Below, in pieces: positions 1 to 55,999 of a stretch of 64,000 nt of DNA (within the stretch, counting starts at the first letter, position 1; each line of letters starts with the position of its first letter). Source of the stretch: the human T2T-CHM13v2.0 reference genome, Homo sapiens; NCBI RefSeq assembly GCF_009914755.1, contig NC_060938.1; one strand, 5' to 3'. A program made the translations under genes and the position numbers. A model generated the notes under the pieces. The model was not told the DNA's origin. It saw nothing but the letters and a program-made list of their open reading frames with translations, and did no database searches.

Positions 1-1510
1 GACAAGGTCCTGTATCTATCAAGTAAGATTCCATGAAAGATAGTGGCTGAAAATTTCCAAACTTGATGAAAGATGTGAAGCCTCAGATTCAGGAAACAGA
101 ATGAGTCTAACCAGGGTAAGTTTTTAAAAATCACAGTTTGGTTAGATCATTGTTTGGCTGCTGTAAGAAAGAACCTCAAATAACAATGGCTTAAACCAGG
201 CTGATGTTTCTTTCTTTCTCATGTAACCTTCCAGACATAAGCAATCAAGCTCTAGGGTGATGGTCTCTGGATATTTGAAGATGGGTCATCTGATAGTCAC
301 ATTCCAGCCCCTTCCCTTTAAGTTAGTGACTCGGAGGTTTCATACCTTTCTTCTGCTGATATGCCACTGGCCAGATCTTATTCACATGGTTATACCCAGC
401 TACAAAGAAGGTTTGTACATTTCTACAAACAGAAATGTAGTCTTTATTCTGAATAACTATGCGCTCAGCTAAAAGTTGGGGGTTCTATTTATATGAGAAA
501 GAAAGAGAGGATAGATAATAGGGAAAAACCAGCAGTCTTTAAGTCTAGACTAATAGGAGGGATAACAAATAGAAACAGAGTATTCATACCTCAAATCAGT
601 AGAGAGAGGAAATGAAAAAAGGAAAGTCTATTAAATACAGATAGGGACAAGAAAATAATATATCAAAAAAAGGAGTAAACAGAAAGGACAAATGAAGTGG
701 CAGAAATAAATCCAAATATATCTGTCACAGGGTGACATATATTGCAGCATTGATGTATGAAAATTTGGAAACATTCTAAATGTCCATCAACAGAGAGATG
801 GATAAACATATTCAGTGTATTTGTACAGTGGAATACTACATTGCAATTAAAAATGAATCAAGTAGAACTACATTTGTAAGATCAGTAAATCTCAAAAATC
901 AGCATTGAATAAAAAACATCTGAAGGATATATACAGCATCATACAGTTTATGTACTTCTAAAAACCTTCAAAGACAGTACTAATTGTTGTTTCTCATCCC
1001 AGATCCGTGCTCATGGATTTTATATATTTGGGAATAAGCATCTGATTTCAATTGAACAAAAGCTCTGCTGCTAAAAAAAAAAAAAAAGTTGAAAACACTG
1101 TCTTAGATTACAACAGTTAGAACCATTTAATGGCTAACCTGGGGGTTGCAAAGTCAAATGCTTACAGGTAAGCTAGATAAGTGAAAAGAGCCAGGTGGAT
1201 TCTGGGAGAACATGAGGGGACATGTTGAAGCCACTTATTGCCATAAGAAAATGTAACCCAGGTATTTTTACTATATACAAATGAGGTAAAAATATAAAAA
1301 CAACCAAGTGTAGGGTCAACGCCGGGGGAAGGGGGTAAAATTGGAGAGAATTATGCAGGGCTTCAACTATATCTGTCATGGTCCATTTCTTAAAGACAAA
1401 CATCAGAAGCAGATGTGACAAAAATTAAGGGTTGACGAAGCCGAATGGTGGATATATGGTTTTTTGGGATTTTTTTAAGACAAAGTGACAAGTGACAGGC
1501 AGATACATGT

Positions 1511-1810
1511 GTTTTTTGTTTTGTTTTTGTTTTTGTTTTTGAGACAAAGTTTCTCTCTTGTTGCCCCGGCTGGAGTGCAGTGGCCCATTGCAACCTCCCC
1601 ATCCTGGGTTCAAGCGATTCTCCTGCCTTAGCCTCCCGAGTAGCTGGGATTACAGGTGCGCGCCACCACGCCCAGCTAATTTTGTATTTTTGGTAGAGAT
1701 GGAGTTTCTCCATTTTGGTCAGGCTGGTCTTGAACTCCCAACCTTAGGTGATCCACCCGCCTCAGCCTCCCAAAGTGCTGGGATTGCAGGCGTGAGCCAC
1801 CGTGCCCAGG
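1511..1810 (-). mobile_element. Alu (S-like)
   Basis: Antisense Alu consensus with flanking direct repeat gcaga(t/c)acatgt. Confidence 0.9.
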
Positions 1811-3537
1811 CAGCAGACACATGTTTTTAAAAAATTATTCTCATCAGGCATGGTGATGCGTGCCTGTAGTCCCAGTGACTTAGAGGCCAAGGTAGGAGGA
1901 TCGCTTGAGCCAAGGACTTTGAGGCTGCAGTGAGCTGTGATCACACTACACTTCAGCCTGGGTGACACAGCAAAATCCTGTCTCAAAGGATATATATATA
2001 TTTTTTCTCTACATGTTTCTGTTTGCCTAAAGTATTTCATAATAAATGTTTTAGAGTGTGCCTGTCTACCCTATTCCTCAGGGGCCAACAGAGTGACTGG
2101 AAAGCCTTAACCACCTTATATACACCATACCTTCTTTCTCTACAGCCCCTGGAGTCTGGGTAAACTGAACTTTCATAATATTGACACCTTCTTGTCTTCA
2201 AGTCTGTCTCTGATCCTCATGTAACCAGAATGTCTTCACATGGAAATGTTAGGGGTGCATAGTGTGATGAGTCAAGAAAGGGGAAAGGCATAGACACGGG
2301 AGGAACAACTGGGCATGTGGGAGGAAAGAGGGGAGAGACACAGATCTGGACTAGGGACCATGGGGTGGGAGACTTAAGAAAAGGGCTGGGACCTGAGTCC
2401 GACACTGGACCTCTTGGCAGGAAATCTTAAGGCCACAAACACCATGTTGGTCAATGTCAGGATTGTGTCTGTCCTCTGCAATCATCCCTAAACCAGTAAG
2501 ACAGGTCCAGCAATTCATGAGATGCTTTCCCTAGCAGAGCCAAGACAAGTTATAGATCGCAGGAAGAGATGCCTTGGGTTTCTTAGGAGAGCTCCTGCTG
2601 GGGCCAAGAATCATGGCCAGTTGCTACACGCACTGGGAGGAGCCATGTCAGTTGAGTCTCTGGCCAGCCCTCCCACCCATCTGCTCCCCTACCTCTCTAC
2701 CCAGCTGGCCCTGGGACATTACATGGGCTGATGACTGCAGGCTGCTCACTGCTGGCTATCCTGTAGGGTGAGCAAAGCCTGGGTGCTTCCCTGGGGGACC
2801 ATCTCTGCTTAGGATCAGACCTGCCTGTGGGCTGCGGAGGCTTGGAAGAATGCCCTTCTTCCTACCTTGACACAGTCTACTTGCACCTGACTCCCTCGTA
2901 CAAAATTGTCATTCTAGTCAGGGAATAATCTGTGCTAAAAAGAATTTTTTTAAAAAAGCAGAAACATCAAGGCTCTTAGATAATCCCTCACCTAAGGGAG
3001 AGAGAGCCGGATGAAGGGAGAGGAGAGTTGAGACTGTGCCTTTGCTGTTACACCTCTGGGTCTGGTGTGCTATTGCCATGGTCACCCAGCCTGCCTGGGC
3101 CACCCCATTCTGGAGCCAGGTTAGCCATGGGTTCCCTTTTCTTCCAGTAGAGGAGGCTGAGGGAGTGGCTGATGACTTGAGATTCACATCTCGCCCTGCT
3201 TTGCTCACATCATTTTCCCTAGCTGTCTTTCTTGGCCTGCTAGAGAAGCCACAAAGGCTATTCAGACCAATTTAAAAATTGATACTGTTCTGAGAGGCCA
3301 CATAAATGGATATTAAAATGTGATTCTTCCTTGGACTTTTTCATTCTTGCTAAACCTGTTTCTCAGTTATCCTATCAGAAAAGTGGGAGCATAGTATCTA
3401 TCCACAAAAGAGCTTTGTAGGAATTATCATTATGACTACATGGCATCAATATTAGAACTAATACAAGGTTTTTCTTTACTCCCTATCTGCTTCTTTATGC
3501 CAAAAGGGCTTTGAGGGTATTAATAAAAGAAGAAATA

Positions 3538-3870
<333 letters not shown>

Positions 3871-4339
3871 TTAAAAACTTCTAACTGAAGCAGCGTTTAC
3901 CAAGTCCAGTTCCAGTGCAACCATGTGTACTTTCGCTCTGTCACAATCGCTTGCCAGTTTCACCAGCCAAGGTTTTGGAGTATAACTCAGTTTTTGATCT
4001 ACCTACCAAAAATTTGTAGTTCAGAAATTTTTCTGAGTGGATAAATGGTTCTGTTCACTCCCCTTAAGCAAGAGAACAATGGATGTTGCTCCTTCCACCT
4101 CATATGGATTATACAGAGGCAGCAGTTCAGCTTAAGTGCCAGTTTCACAACATATGGGTAGCCCAGAAAAACATATCCTAAAATATCTCATACTTTGTGA
4201 CAAGGCCAGGTACCATAAAAGGAGAATACAAGGATGAGTTGGAAGTATGTTGAAGTTTGCATAAAATCATCATGGAATGGGTCTTAGCAGGTCTTTGTGC
4301 TCACAGATCTGATTTGTTTTGGGAGAAGATGCCTTCTAG

Positions 4340-4693
<354 letters not shown>

Positions 4694-5298
4694 TAAATTG
4701 CTTTTCTAACCCTCTATTTTTATTATAAGGCTGCCCTCCTGCTCACCATAGTATTTCTCAGGAACCATGTATGGATGAGTTCTGTAGTGCTCGTGAACCA
4801 TTTGAGAAGGGGTGCTGATGGGGCTACGGCTCCAGGCTGCATCCCTGAAGGAGTCAGCTTTGTTTTGCATTCTGTGGCCAGGCTACTGTTTCTTACAGTG
4901 TGGTCTGTGGACCACCACCTTCATCCACAAGCGCTTTCTTTATAAGCACTTTCTGGAGCTATGTCTCTGACTTGCTAAAGAAAAGCTCTGTGGGCAGAGC
5001 CCAAGAATCTGCATGATGACAAAGCCCACATGTGATTCTTACGCCCTTGAAAGTCTCTCCTGCAACTAACCTCTGCCATGGCCTTACCCCGGGCCCCATT
5101 CAGCTGTCTTTCTAGTGGATCCCTGGAGCCCCATGTGGCCCAGAGAGGTTCTGGGGTTGTGGGGTACAGTGGAGCCCACAGACAAGACTTGGAGCCCTTT
5201 CTCTTCCCAGCTCCGTATTTGTGTATTTTATGTATTTGGAAATAAGCATATGATTTTAATTGAACAAAAGATCTGTTGCTAAAAAAAAAAAAAATTGA

Positions 5299-5610
<312 letters not shown>

Positions 5611-5885
5611 AAAACAATTGTCTTTGATAACAAGAGTTAGAACAATTTAATGGCTAAAACTGGGGGTTGCAAACTCAAATGTTTGCAGTTAATTTACATA
5701 GATGAGACAATGAAGAGAGTGAGAGGTTCTAGGAAAACGTGAGGGGAAGGGCTAAAGCCACTTACTGCTATAGAAAATAGAAAATATAATGCTAGTGTGG
5801 CCAGATCTTTTGATTTTTTAAGAGAAGATGGAAACAAGATGTATATGGAATCTGGATTTTTATGTGACATGTGAGATTTGGATGT

Positions 5886-6105
5886 GAGAGGCAGTGTAGT
5901 ATAGTGGCTGACAGAATGTACTCTGGAGCCAGTCTACTTGAGTTTGAATTCTGGCTTTGAATCTTAGTAACTGTGTGACCTTAGGCAAGTTACCTTACCT
6001 CTCTGTTTTAGTTTCCTGATCCACACAATAGAGATACTAACAGTACCTGCCTTCTGGGGTTGTTAAGAAATGTAAATGAGTTAATGCATGTACAGTGCTT
6101 ATGAC
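5886..6105 (+). mobile_element. MIR
   Basis: MIR core (ctgtgtgaccttaggcaagtta...cagtttcc...). Confidence 0.7.
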
Positions 6106-6744
6106 AGTGGCCCTGTTTAGCTACATAAGTGTAGCCTAAATATCCTACATGTATATACACACAGCCCTACACAGACCAAGTGGTCCTGTTTAGCTATATA
6201 CATATAAGCTAAATGCCCACAACACAGTGTGAGTCTTATAGGACACTCTTTAAATTAATAGTGGGCAACCTCTGGCTTAAACCCATTCTTTCTGTAGGTG
6301 AATCCTAAGTAGTCCGATCATATAATCTATCACCTAAAGCAGGACACTCTGGAGAGAAAGTGAAAGGAGGCTGTATTACTAGTCATGCTGAGACAACAGG
6401 TGAGCATCACACTGTCCCGGCCAAACTGGTCTCCCTGCTCCTAAGTGCCATCTTTGTATAGGACAAAAGCCAACAAGCAGCTTTTACCTATAAATTTCTG
6501 AATGCCAAGCCATGCACATGTACTTTACATGGGGCAGCTTGTGGAATCTTCACAACGATCCTAGGAGGTGTCATTATTATTATATATATTTTTTTTTTAC
6601 TGATGAGGAAACTGAGGCACAGAGAGGTTAAGGAATTTGTCTAAAGCCACACTGTGGTGGAGTCAGTGAGGTTCCACTGCCTTACCTCTTAGCTGTGCCA
6701 TTCTCTCCCGTGGGTGCAAGGCAGCGGTAATAATGTTGAACCTT

Positions 6745-7008
6745 TCACGCCTGTAATCCCAGGACTTAGGGAGGCCGAGGCAGGCGAATCACATGAGGCC
6801 AGGAGTTTGAGACCAGCCTGACCAGCATGGAGAAACCCCATCTCTACTAAAAATACCAAAATTAGCCAGGCGTGGTGGTGCACGTTTGTAATCACAGATA
6901 CTTGGGAGATCGAGAATCGCTTGAACCTGGGAGGCGGAGGTTACAGTGAGCTGGGATTGGCCACTCCAGCCTGGGCGACACAGTGAGATTCTGTCTAAAA
7001 AAAAAAAA
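6745..7008 (+). mobile_element. 5'-truncated Alu
   Basis: TSD aatgttgaacc. Confidence 0.88.
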
Positions 7009-7607
7009 GAATGTTGAACCCTTTTCTCAAAGGGATCATTGAGACCCGGGATGGTGTGGCTCTTGGCTCAGGCCACTGCTCGGCACAGCAGGACTGTGCT
7101 GGGAGTACAGGAGAGTCCCAGGTGCTCCTGCCACTGTGGGCTGGTATTTCACAGCATCTCACAGCGTGTGACAAGGAGCTGTACACTTGGGGGTTAAATA
7201 CCAGATTGGTGCCAAGTGCACTTCATCAGGTTGCTGCAGCCAGTTCTAGGGCAGCTTATGAGTCTTATGTGCAGCTGGTGAAAGTAGATCCCTGTCAGCC
7301 ACCTAAACCTGACACCTCCTTGGCTGGCGTGTTACCCCAGACCCACACACTGAAAGGACAGCTGAGGACATGGTCCTAGAGGACCCTGGAACAGCCAAAT
7401 AAGGGTTCTATAGCACCAGCTTTGCAGAGCTCCAGGTGTGGCCTTTAAGCAAAGGTGAAGAAGAAAGATCTGCCCTCGTGAAAAGTGTTGATGCTGGGGC
7501 TAAAGTGTTCAGACATTAGTTTTAGAGAAAAAAGAATACTGCAACATAAAAGTGAATATGAAATGCTTTGAGTGTCAAGTGTCCTTGCAGGGTGGATAAG
7601 AAGGACT

Positions 7608-8032
<425 letters not shown>

Positions 8033-9998
8033 CTACTTCAGTAATAGCATGTGCATGGGATAGATAATAAAATCCGGAGGGGAAAAAATGCTCGCTGTGT
8101 TGTCAATAACAGAGCGATTTCTGGTTCTGACCAATGTCATTGACTTATCACTCTTGACCCAAATGGAAATGCCTCCATGAGAGGTAAGACCCAAGTTTAT
8201 CCTTTACTCCACCTTGGTCTCCATTTGCAAAAGAGCAAGACAAGTTTTTCCATCAGATGAAGTCAGAAAATATCAGCCAATCGTTTCAGAATGTCACAAA
8301 TATGAATTATCATTTCTAATGGAAAGCCTATGCCTTCTTCTGAGCTACAGAGCAGATTAGTTAGGTCTCAGTAGTCCTGCTGAAGTGCAACCTAGGAAAC
8401 TTATTGAGGGACCAGGGCCTTCCCGTTCAGTATTTCATTTTATTCTTGAAAAAGAAAATGCTCCTCATCATTGCATTCATTAGATTATTTCTGTGTGGGT
8501 AAAAAAAAAACCCCAAAACCCAACTCTGTCTGGCTTAAGCAAAGGGGATTTATTAGAAGGATCCTGGGGCAGCTCACAGAACTGAAGGAACTATCCAGCA
8601 ATCATGACTTGGTGAGGTTTGTGCACCTTCTCCAGGGCACCTCCCTGGCTCCAGCCTCTGATCTCTTGATTCCAGATTCCTGGAGAGAGAGAATCTGGCT
8701 GGTCCAGTTAGGTCTGGTGTCAAAGAGGGAAGGGTTATGCAGTACCAACACTGGGGGCCACCACTATGTATCAACCAACCCCCCACCACCAAGGAGAATT
8801 CCTTTTGCACTGGGCAACCACCCCTATAAACATAATATTGATTTATGCTGTGCTGTTATCTGCCCCATGGCTGCATGGCAACTGTGTGAAGGTCAAGGAA
8901 CTCCTCTGGGACAGGCCTGAGGACTGTTTGACTTAGGACAGTCCATCTGGCTCAAACCGATGCCTGAAACTGACCAGAACCAACCCACCCACTCAGCTTC
9001 CATCTAGAGGTTTCAGTAGTGTTACCGCAAGAGAGGAAGGAAAGAAGGGATGTGGGTATCCTTGGCTTGAACACGTGAATGCCTGTCAGAGGGGGCCCTA
9101 TCCATGGGAGCACCAGGGCATTTTTGTCCCATATGGGTTGTAAGTCTTGAGTTTTACTTGGGATCTTCAGATGAGCATAACTCTAACTCTCTGTCCAAGG
9201 GAATGTGCCCCGAAAGCATCTGTGTCTCCCCAGTCCCAGAAAGGAGAAAAAAATGGATGAGGGAAGGCCACCCTGAGCAAAGAGATCCCCCAGGTTCCCA
9301 AATATGAACTACTGCTTCCATGTAACTTTCCTCTCACTGTCTAGCAGCAGGCTGGGGGGTCCTGCTCATCTACCTTTTAATTAAGGAAAGCAGAATTTCA
9401 GCTGAGAGATTGGGAAAGAGAGAAGGATTGATCAGTTCACTGGTAAATATCAGCTAGGGTCCAGGCTGAAGGGAGAAGGTTGAGTAGCCAGAGAAGAGGC
9501 CAAATCCTTAGAGAGGAGGTTGGGCTGGAACTTGGGAAGTGAGGGGCACTGGGCCTGTCCAGCCTCGTGGAAGGCGTGGCTGGGATGCAACGCCTCTGGG
9601 ACATGTATGATGCATATGTGTTACTCTGGGACAAGGCAGGCTGGGGAAGGAAGCAGCAGCCCCAGCTAGGCTTGGCACATGGTGTTAGACATGAGAGCGG
9701 GATGCATGAATTTGCTCTGCTTCTGCGGGTCCTCCATGTGATGATGTCCAATTGGGCAGCACACGGTGGTGCCCTGGCAGGGGAAGAATGGGAGCTGACA
9801 TCTAACGCACACTTCACTTGCCAAGCCATGAGCTTGAGAAGCTGCAAAGAGATGCCATGTAGGCTGTGGGCTCGTGAGCAGCTCTTTAGTCTTCAGCTTA
9901 GGTCTGGTCCCTGAAGAGCCTCCACGTACAAGAACTTCAGTCCCTTTGCTTGGGCCACTTGGTGTAATATCCAGAATTTCCATGCTCCTCAGCCTTGA

Positions 9999-10340
<342 letters not shown>

Positions 10341-10948
10341 TCGCAAGATAGAATTTTGAAAAATGTATCTTGAGCCTCTCTTTCTCTTTCTAGTTCTTTA
10401 AGATTCAAGAAATCAAATAAGGTGATAGCCCTGAAGCCCTTACAGGCAGAGGTGCCCTCGACTGTGGGTGAGGAGGTATTCATCCCCAACCAGTGAGATA
10501 TTCTGAGTGGGGAGAAGTGTTTTCTATCGATGACACAGGGTGGGCCCTATGGGAGCAGCAGCATGGCCCCACCTTCGACCCAATGCTGAGAGGAAAGGGG
10601 CCTCAGGAAGGGGAGACTGAAGCCAGGACAGGGTGGGATGCTCAGGAAGAATGACAGTGGAGCTGCTGCCCTCCCCGGACACCCTCCATCAGGACAAAAG
10701 AGCTGGGCCTCCACTCCCTCAGTAGAGAGGACAGCAGCCACGGGCTCTTCACCTGCCCCATGAACTCAGGATTAGGGAGCTGAGAGTTGCCTTGAAAATC
10801 CTTACCCTGACACTCTTGAGCCACTTGAGATGGGCACTTGAAGTCTGGCCTGTGTGCAGTGTGTGCACAGTTCTCTAAAGTGGCCTTGATGCCGTGTTCA
10901 CAGTAGGGACATGGCACCTACATCTCCCCTTTCTCTCTGGCCAAGCAG

Positions 10949-42355
<31,407 letters not shown>

Positions 42356-42710
42356 ATATTTCTCCTACCCGATTCCCCACCACCACTAGTGCCTCTGGAT
42401 TTAGAGATATATATCCTAGGGTATGATACTACTGTGACGGGTCTAACAGCCCCCGGCTACTCTTGTTCTGTGAAATGTGTATTTTAGTCTCTGTGAAGCC
42501 TTTACTCTCTAGGTGCCTTATAATGTTTCAGGGCTCAACTTTTTAAAATCCAGACCCAGTGTTAAAACCATTTATTCCTTTTTTCATAAGAATAATGACT
42601 CCAGATGCTACCTGATTCTAGACATAGACAGGGATGATCCACTGTTACTGAGGGCATCAGTGCTATAAGTTAAGGCTTTCTGCACTGGTACTCTCAAGGA
42701 AGCTAATTTT

Positions 42711-42966
42711 CTTTCTGGGGGGGGCGGGGGACACAGTGTCACTATGTCACCCAGTCCACAGGGTTCAAGCAATTCTCCTGCCTCAGCCTTCGGAGTAGCT
42801 GGGATTACAGGTGTGCGCCACCATGCCCGGCTAATTTTTGTATTTTTAGTAGAGACGGGGTTTCACCATGTTGGCCAGGCTGGTCTCGAACTCCTGACCT
42901 CAGGTGATCTGCCCACTTTGGCCTCCCAAAGTGCTGGGATTACAGGCATGAGCCATCGCCCAGCCC
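42711..42966 (-). mobile_element. Internally deleted antisense Alu in the PLEKHH1 3' UTR
   Basis: Alu consensus from 42761; TSD gaagctaatttt at ~42699 and ~42968. Confidence 0.88.
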
Positions 42967-44387
42967 AGAAGCTAATTTTTTAATATTGTATATGGTCTTA
43001 TTTATACTTGAAGTTTTGTGAACGTCGCTAAACAGGATAGGACTAAAATTTCCAATTCTCCTACACTCTGTCAGAAGCCTAGAACTCACTAAACTGGGCT
43101 GCCTTTCCCAAATGGGAAAGGTGCTGACAGAGTTGGAGAAAAAAGAATAGACTCATTTTTCCCCATTATTGGTATGTAGGCATTGGTACAGCCCCTTCTG
43201 GGGCAGTCTTTGCAGGATAACATGCTATACCTGCTAAGATTCAAGCTGTTTTCCTCACACTGGACTTTAGGCCAAACCCAGTACCACGCAATGTGCAAGC
43301 AAGGGCAGGAGGTAGGTCCAATCTGACCCCTCCCTGTCTCATTTTAATGACTGGACAGCGCTCGGTGAAGGCTGTGTTCACTGTAGTGGGCCATCATTTG
43401 TTTCCTTCTTCTTGTAAAAGACCAAGCAAATGCACTCTGCTTTTTGCTGCTGTAAGACCACCAAAAATGAGTCAGAAACACAGAAGACTATTTCAGGCAT
43501 GTGGGCCTGGATATGCTCCTTGAGACTTCTGGCAAACTTCTGCTGGGAATTAGTTTGAGGGTGAGGGTACATATGTGACATTTGCCCTAGCCTAAGAGTA
43601 GCAGGTAAAAAAAAGTTTCTTTCATCTTTTGCCTTACTGATAATACCATAATCCCCCTCAATTCAGACCTTCTGATTGAGTGCAGAGGAGACTAGACAGT
43701 CTCCTCTAGACAGGTTGTAGACACACCCTCCCCTAACAAAAACAAAACGAAAGAGTTCATACTCTGATTTTCCAACATCTAGGAAACTGAGTTTTATTTC
43801 CTAGCTCTAAGGCAGCCTTACTATATGTCAGTAAAGTGCTGAAAACTGTATATTTAGCAGTAGCACCCAAAACCAAGCCTTTAACCCCAACAATGTGTGT
43901 ATCTTTTGCACAGCAAAAACTGCGAGGCCAGAACTAGTTTATCTGAACACCTCAGCTGCTGTAAGCTTCTCCTCTCTCACCCCGTAAACTGACAAGCATG
44001 ATGAAAAAAGAAGCACATCCAAGTTTCTGCCTCTTTTAAATGTACTTGACTTTGCAAGGCAAGTAGTTTTACAGCCATTTCTGTTCACACTTTTCACCCC
44101 ACAACTTGGGGATCTAGCTGAGACATTTCTACCTCGAACAAGTCACATGTACCACAGGTTCCTGAATAATTCCTGCAGGGCTGGTGACAGACATAACAGC
44201 TCTGGTTTTATAATATCTTGGGTATCTCTAAGGCCAATAAGGATAACATTATCTACCCAGAGAGTTTAGAAGAAAAGTAGGAGTCCAAAGGAAGAGTAAA
44301 CAAGAATGGAGCTGTGTTCACACTGAATTTGGGGTCAATCTATTTCCCCCACCCTCTCTCCTCCCCAACCCTTCAGGAACCCTTTAG

Positions 44388-44684
44388 TTTATTAATCTTA
44401 TACAGAAGAAACTAACTTAGAAACAAAGGATTCAATATTTGCTTATTTATTCTTTGTTAACATGAGAGTCCCATGTCTGAAAACCAAAGTCCAATTTCTG
44501 TCTGGCCTTTTGTCTCATCCTTCTTGGCAAAAGTAGCTTTTGAACTGATATAAAAAAAAATGCTGAGTAACAGAAAAGTATTAATGTGCTTGACACCATG
44601 ACTGAAATACTATGATCTTGTTTGTCAATAAAAAGCAGCTATCTGTGAACCAGGTAACTGTGTGTTTTGGAAGATCTGTTTATT
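44388..44684 (-). terminator. PIGH poly(A) signals (AATAAA on - strand) at 44679-44684, 44446-44451 and 44388-44393
   Basis: tttatt on the + strand, downstream of the PIGH stop; a U-rich tract follows the 44446 site on the - strand. Confidence 0.65.
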
Positions 44685-44697
44685 AACAGTAAATAAA
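44627..44697 (+). terminator. PLEKHH1 poly(A) signals AATAAA at 44627-44632 and 44692-44697
   Basis: Canonical hexamers; a GU-rich element (ctgtgtgttttgg, ~44658-44670) follows the first. Confidence 0.7.
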
Positions 44698-45199
44698 TAA
44701 GCCCTGTACAGAACACAGGCACTAGGTTGACAGACTCGTCTTTTGTAGGACATTTCTTCCTGCTAACCAGTACTGAAGGGCTTGTTTTTTTCGTAACTTT
44801 ACACAAGGGGTACTATTGGAAAATATAGCTTTCTCAAGACATCTGATGTCAGTTTCCCATTGTTTTGCTTCACAAACATCAACAAAGTAAACCTGAACAT
44901 GCTTAGCAATTTCCGAAAGTGTTCTTTGCTGACATTACTTTTGACATACTGTGTCAAAATTCTTAAGGTCTCCCCTCCTTTGGTAAAGTAGGCAAAACCT
45001 TACAAGGAAAACACTATAATACACGGAAATATACTGAGTTAGATTTCCAGTCACCTGCTCTATGGCTCTAAGATGCACTACATCCATAATGGTTCCTAGG
45101 ACTGTGTCCACCTGATGGTTTGGAGTACGGAAAACCAGCCCCTATGGCTTAAGAGTCATCTCCCATGGAAGACAATGCTGGCCTTCTGAACGCTGGGGC

Positions 45200-55323
<10,124 letters not shown>

Positions 55324-55575
55324 GACGCCCCCACTCGGCCGCCCGCACCGCGCGGCGCTGCACTGCGCTCGCCGGCCCTGGTCGTCTCGCCCGCTCCAGA
55401 CCCGCTTCCGGCAGCCGCGTCACCACGCCCCGCCCTAAGCCTGCGCAGCCTCAGTTGCGCGCCGAGAGCTCTGCTGGGGGCTGATGGTTGTGCGTTCTTC
55501 CGGGCCGGCCTTGACTGTCTTCGAACAAACCTCGTCGGGGCAATAGTTCAGTGGAAAGATTAAAATCGTTTTTAG

Positions 55576-55999
55576 ACCGGGCGCGTTGACTCAGGCCTGT
55601 AGTCCAGCACTGGGAGGCCAAGGCGGGAGGATCGCTTGAGCCTGGGAGGTCGAGGTTGCAGTGAGCGGAGATCATGCCACTGCTCTCTAGCCTGTGCGAG
55701 AGAGCAAGACCCTGTCTCAAAACAAACCCACAGTTTGTTTTTGTTTTGAGACGGAATGGCGCGACGTCGGCTCACTGCAACCTGCTTCCCCCGGGTTCAA
55801 GCGATTCTCCTGCCTAAGCCTCCTGAGTAGCTGGGATTACAGGCGCGCGCCACCACGCCCTGCTGATTTTTGTATTTTTAGTAGAGACAGGTTTCACCAT
55901 GTTGGCCAGGTTGGTCTCAAACTCCTGACCTCAGGTGATTCGCCCGCCTCGGCCTCCCGAAGTGCTGGGATTACAGGCGTGAGCCACCGCACCCAGCCC
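55576..55999. mobile_element. Sense Alu monomer with an antisense Alu inserted in its tail
   Basis: 55576-55722(+), 55737-55998(-); TSD caaacccacagttt. Confidence 0.87.

Larger units (their letters stand above)
42356..44715 (+). other. PLEKHH1: PLEKHH1 3' UTR (end approximate)
   Basis: Follows the stop codon; candidate + strand AATAAA signals at 44627 and 44692. Confidence 0.7.
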
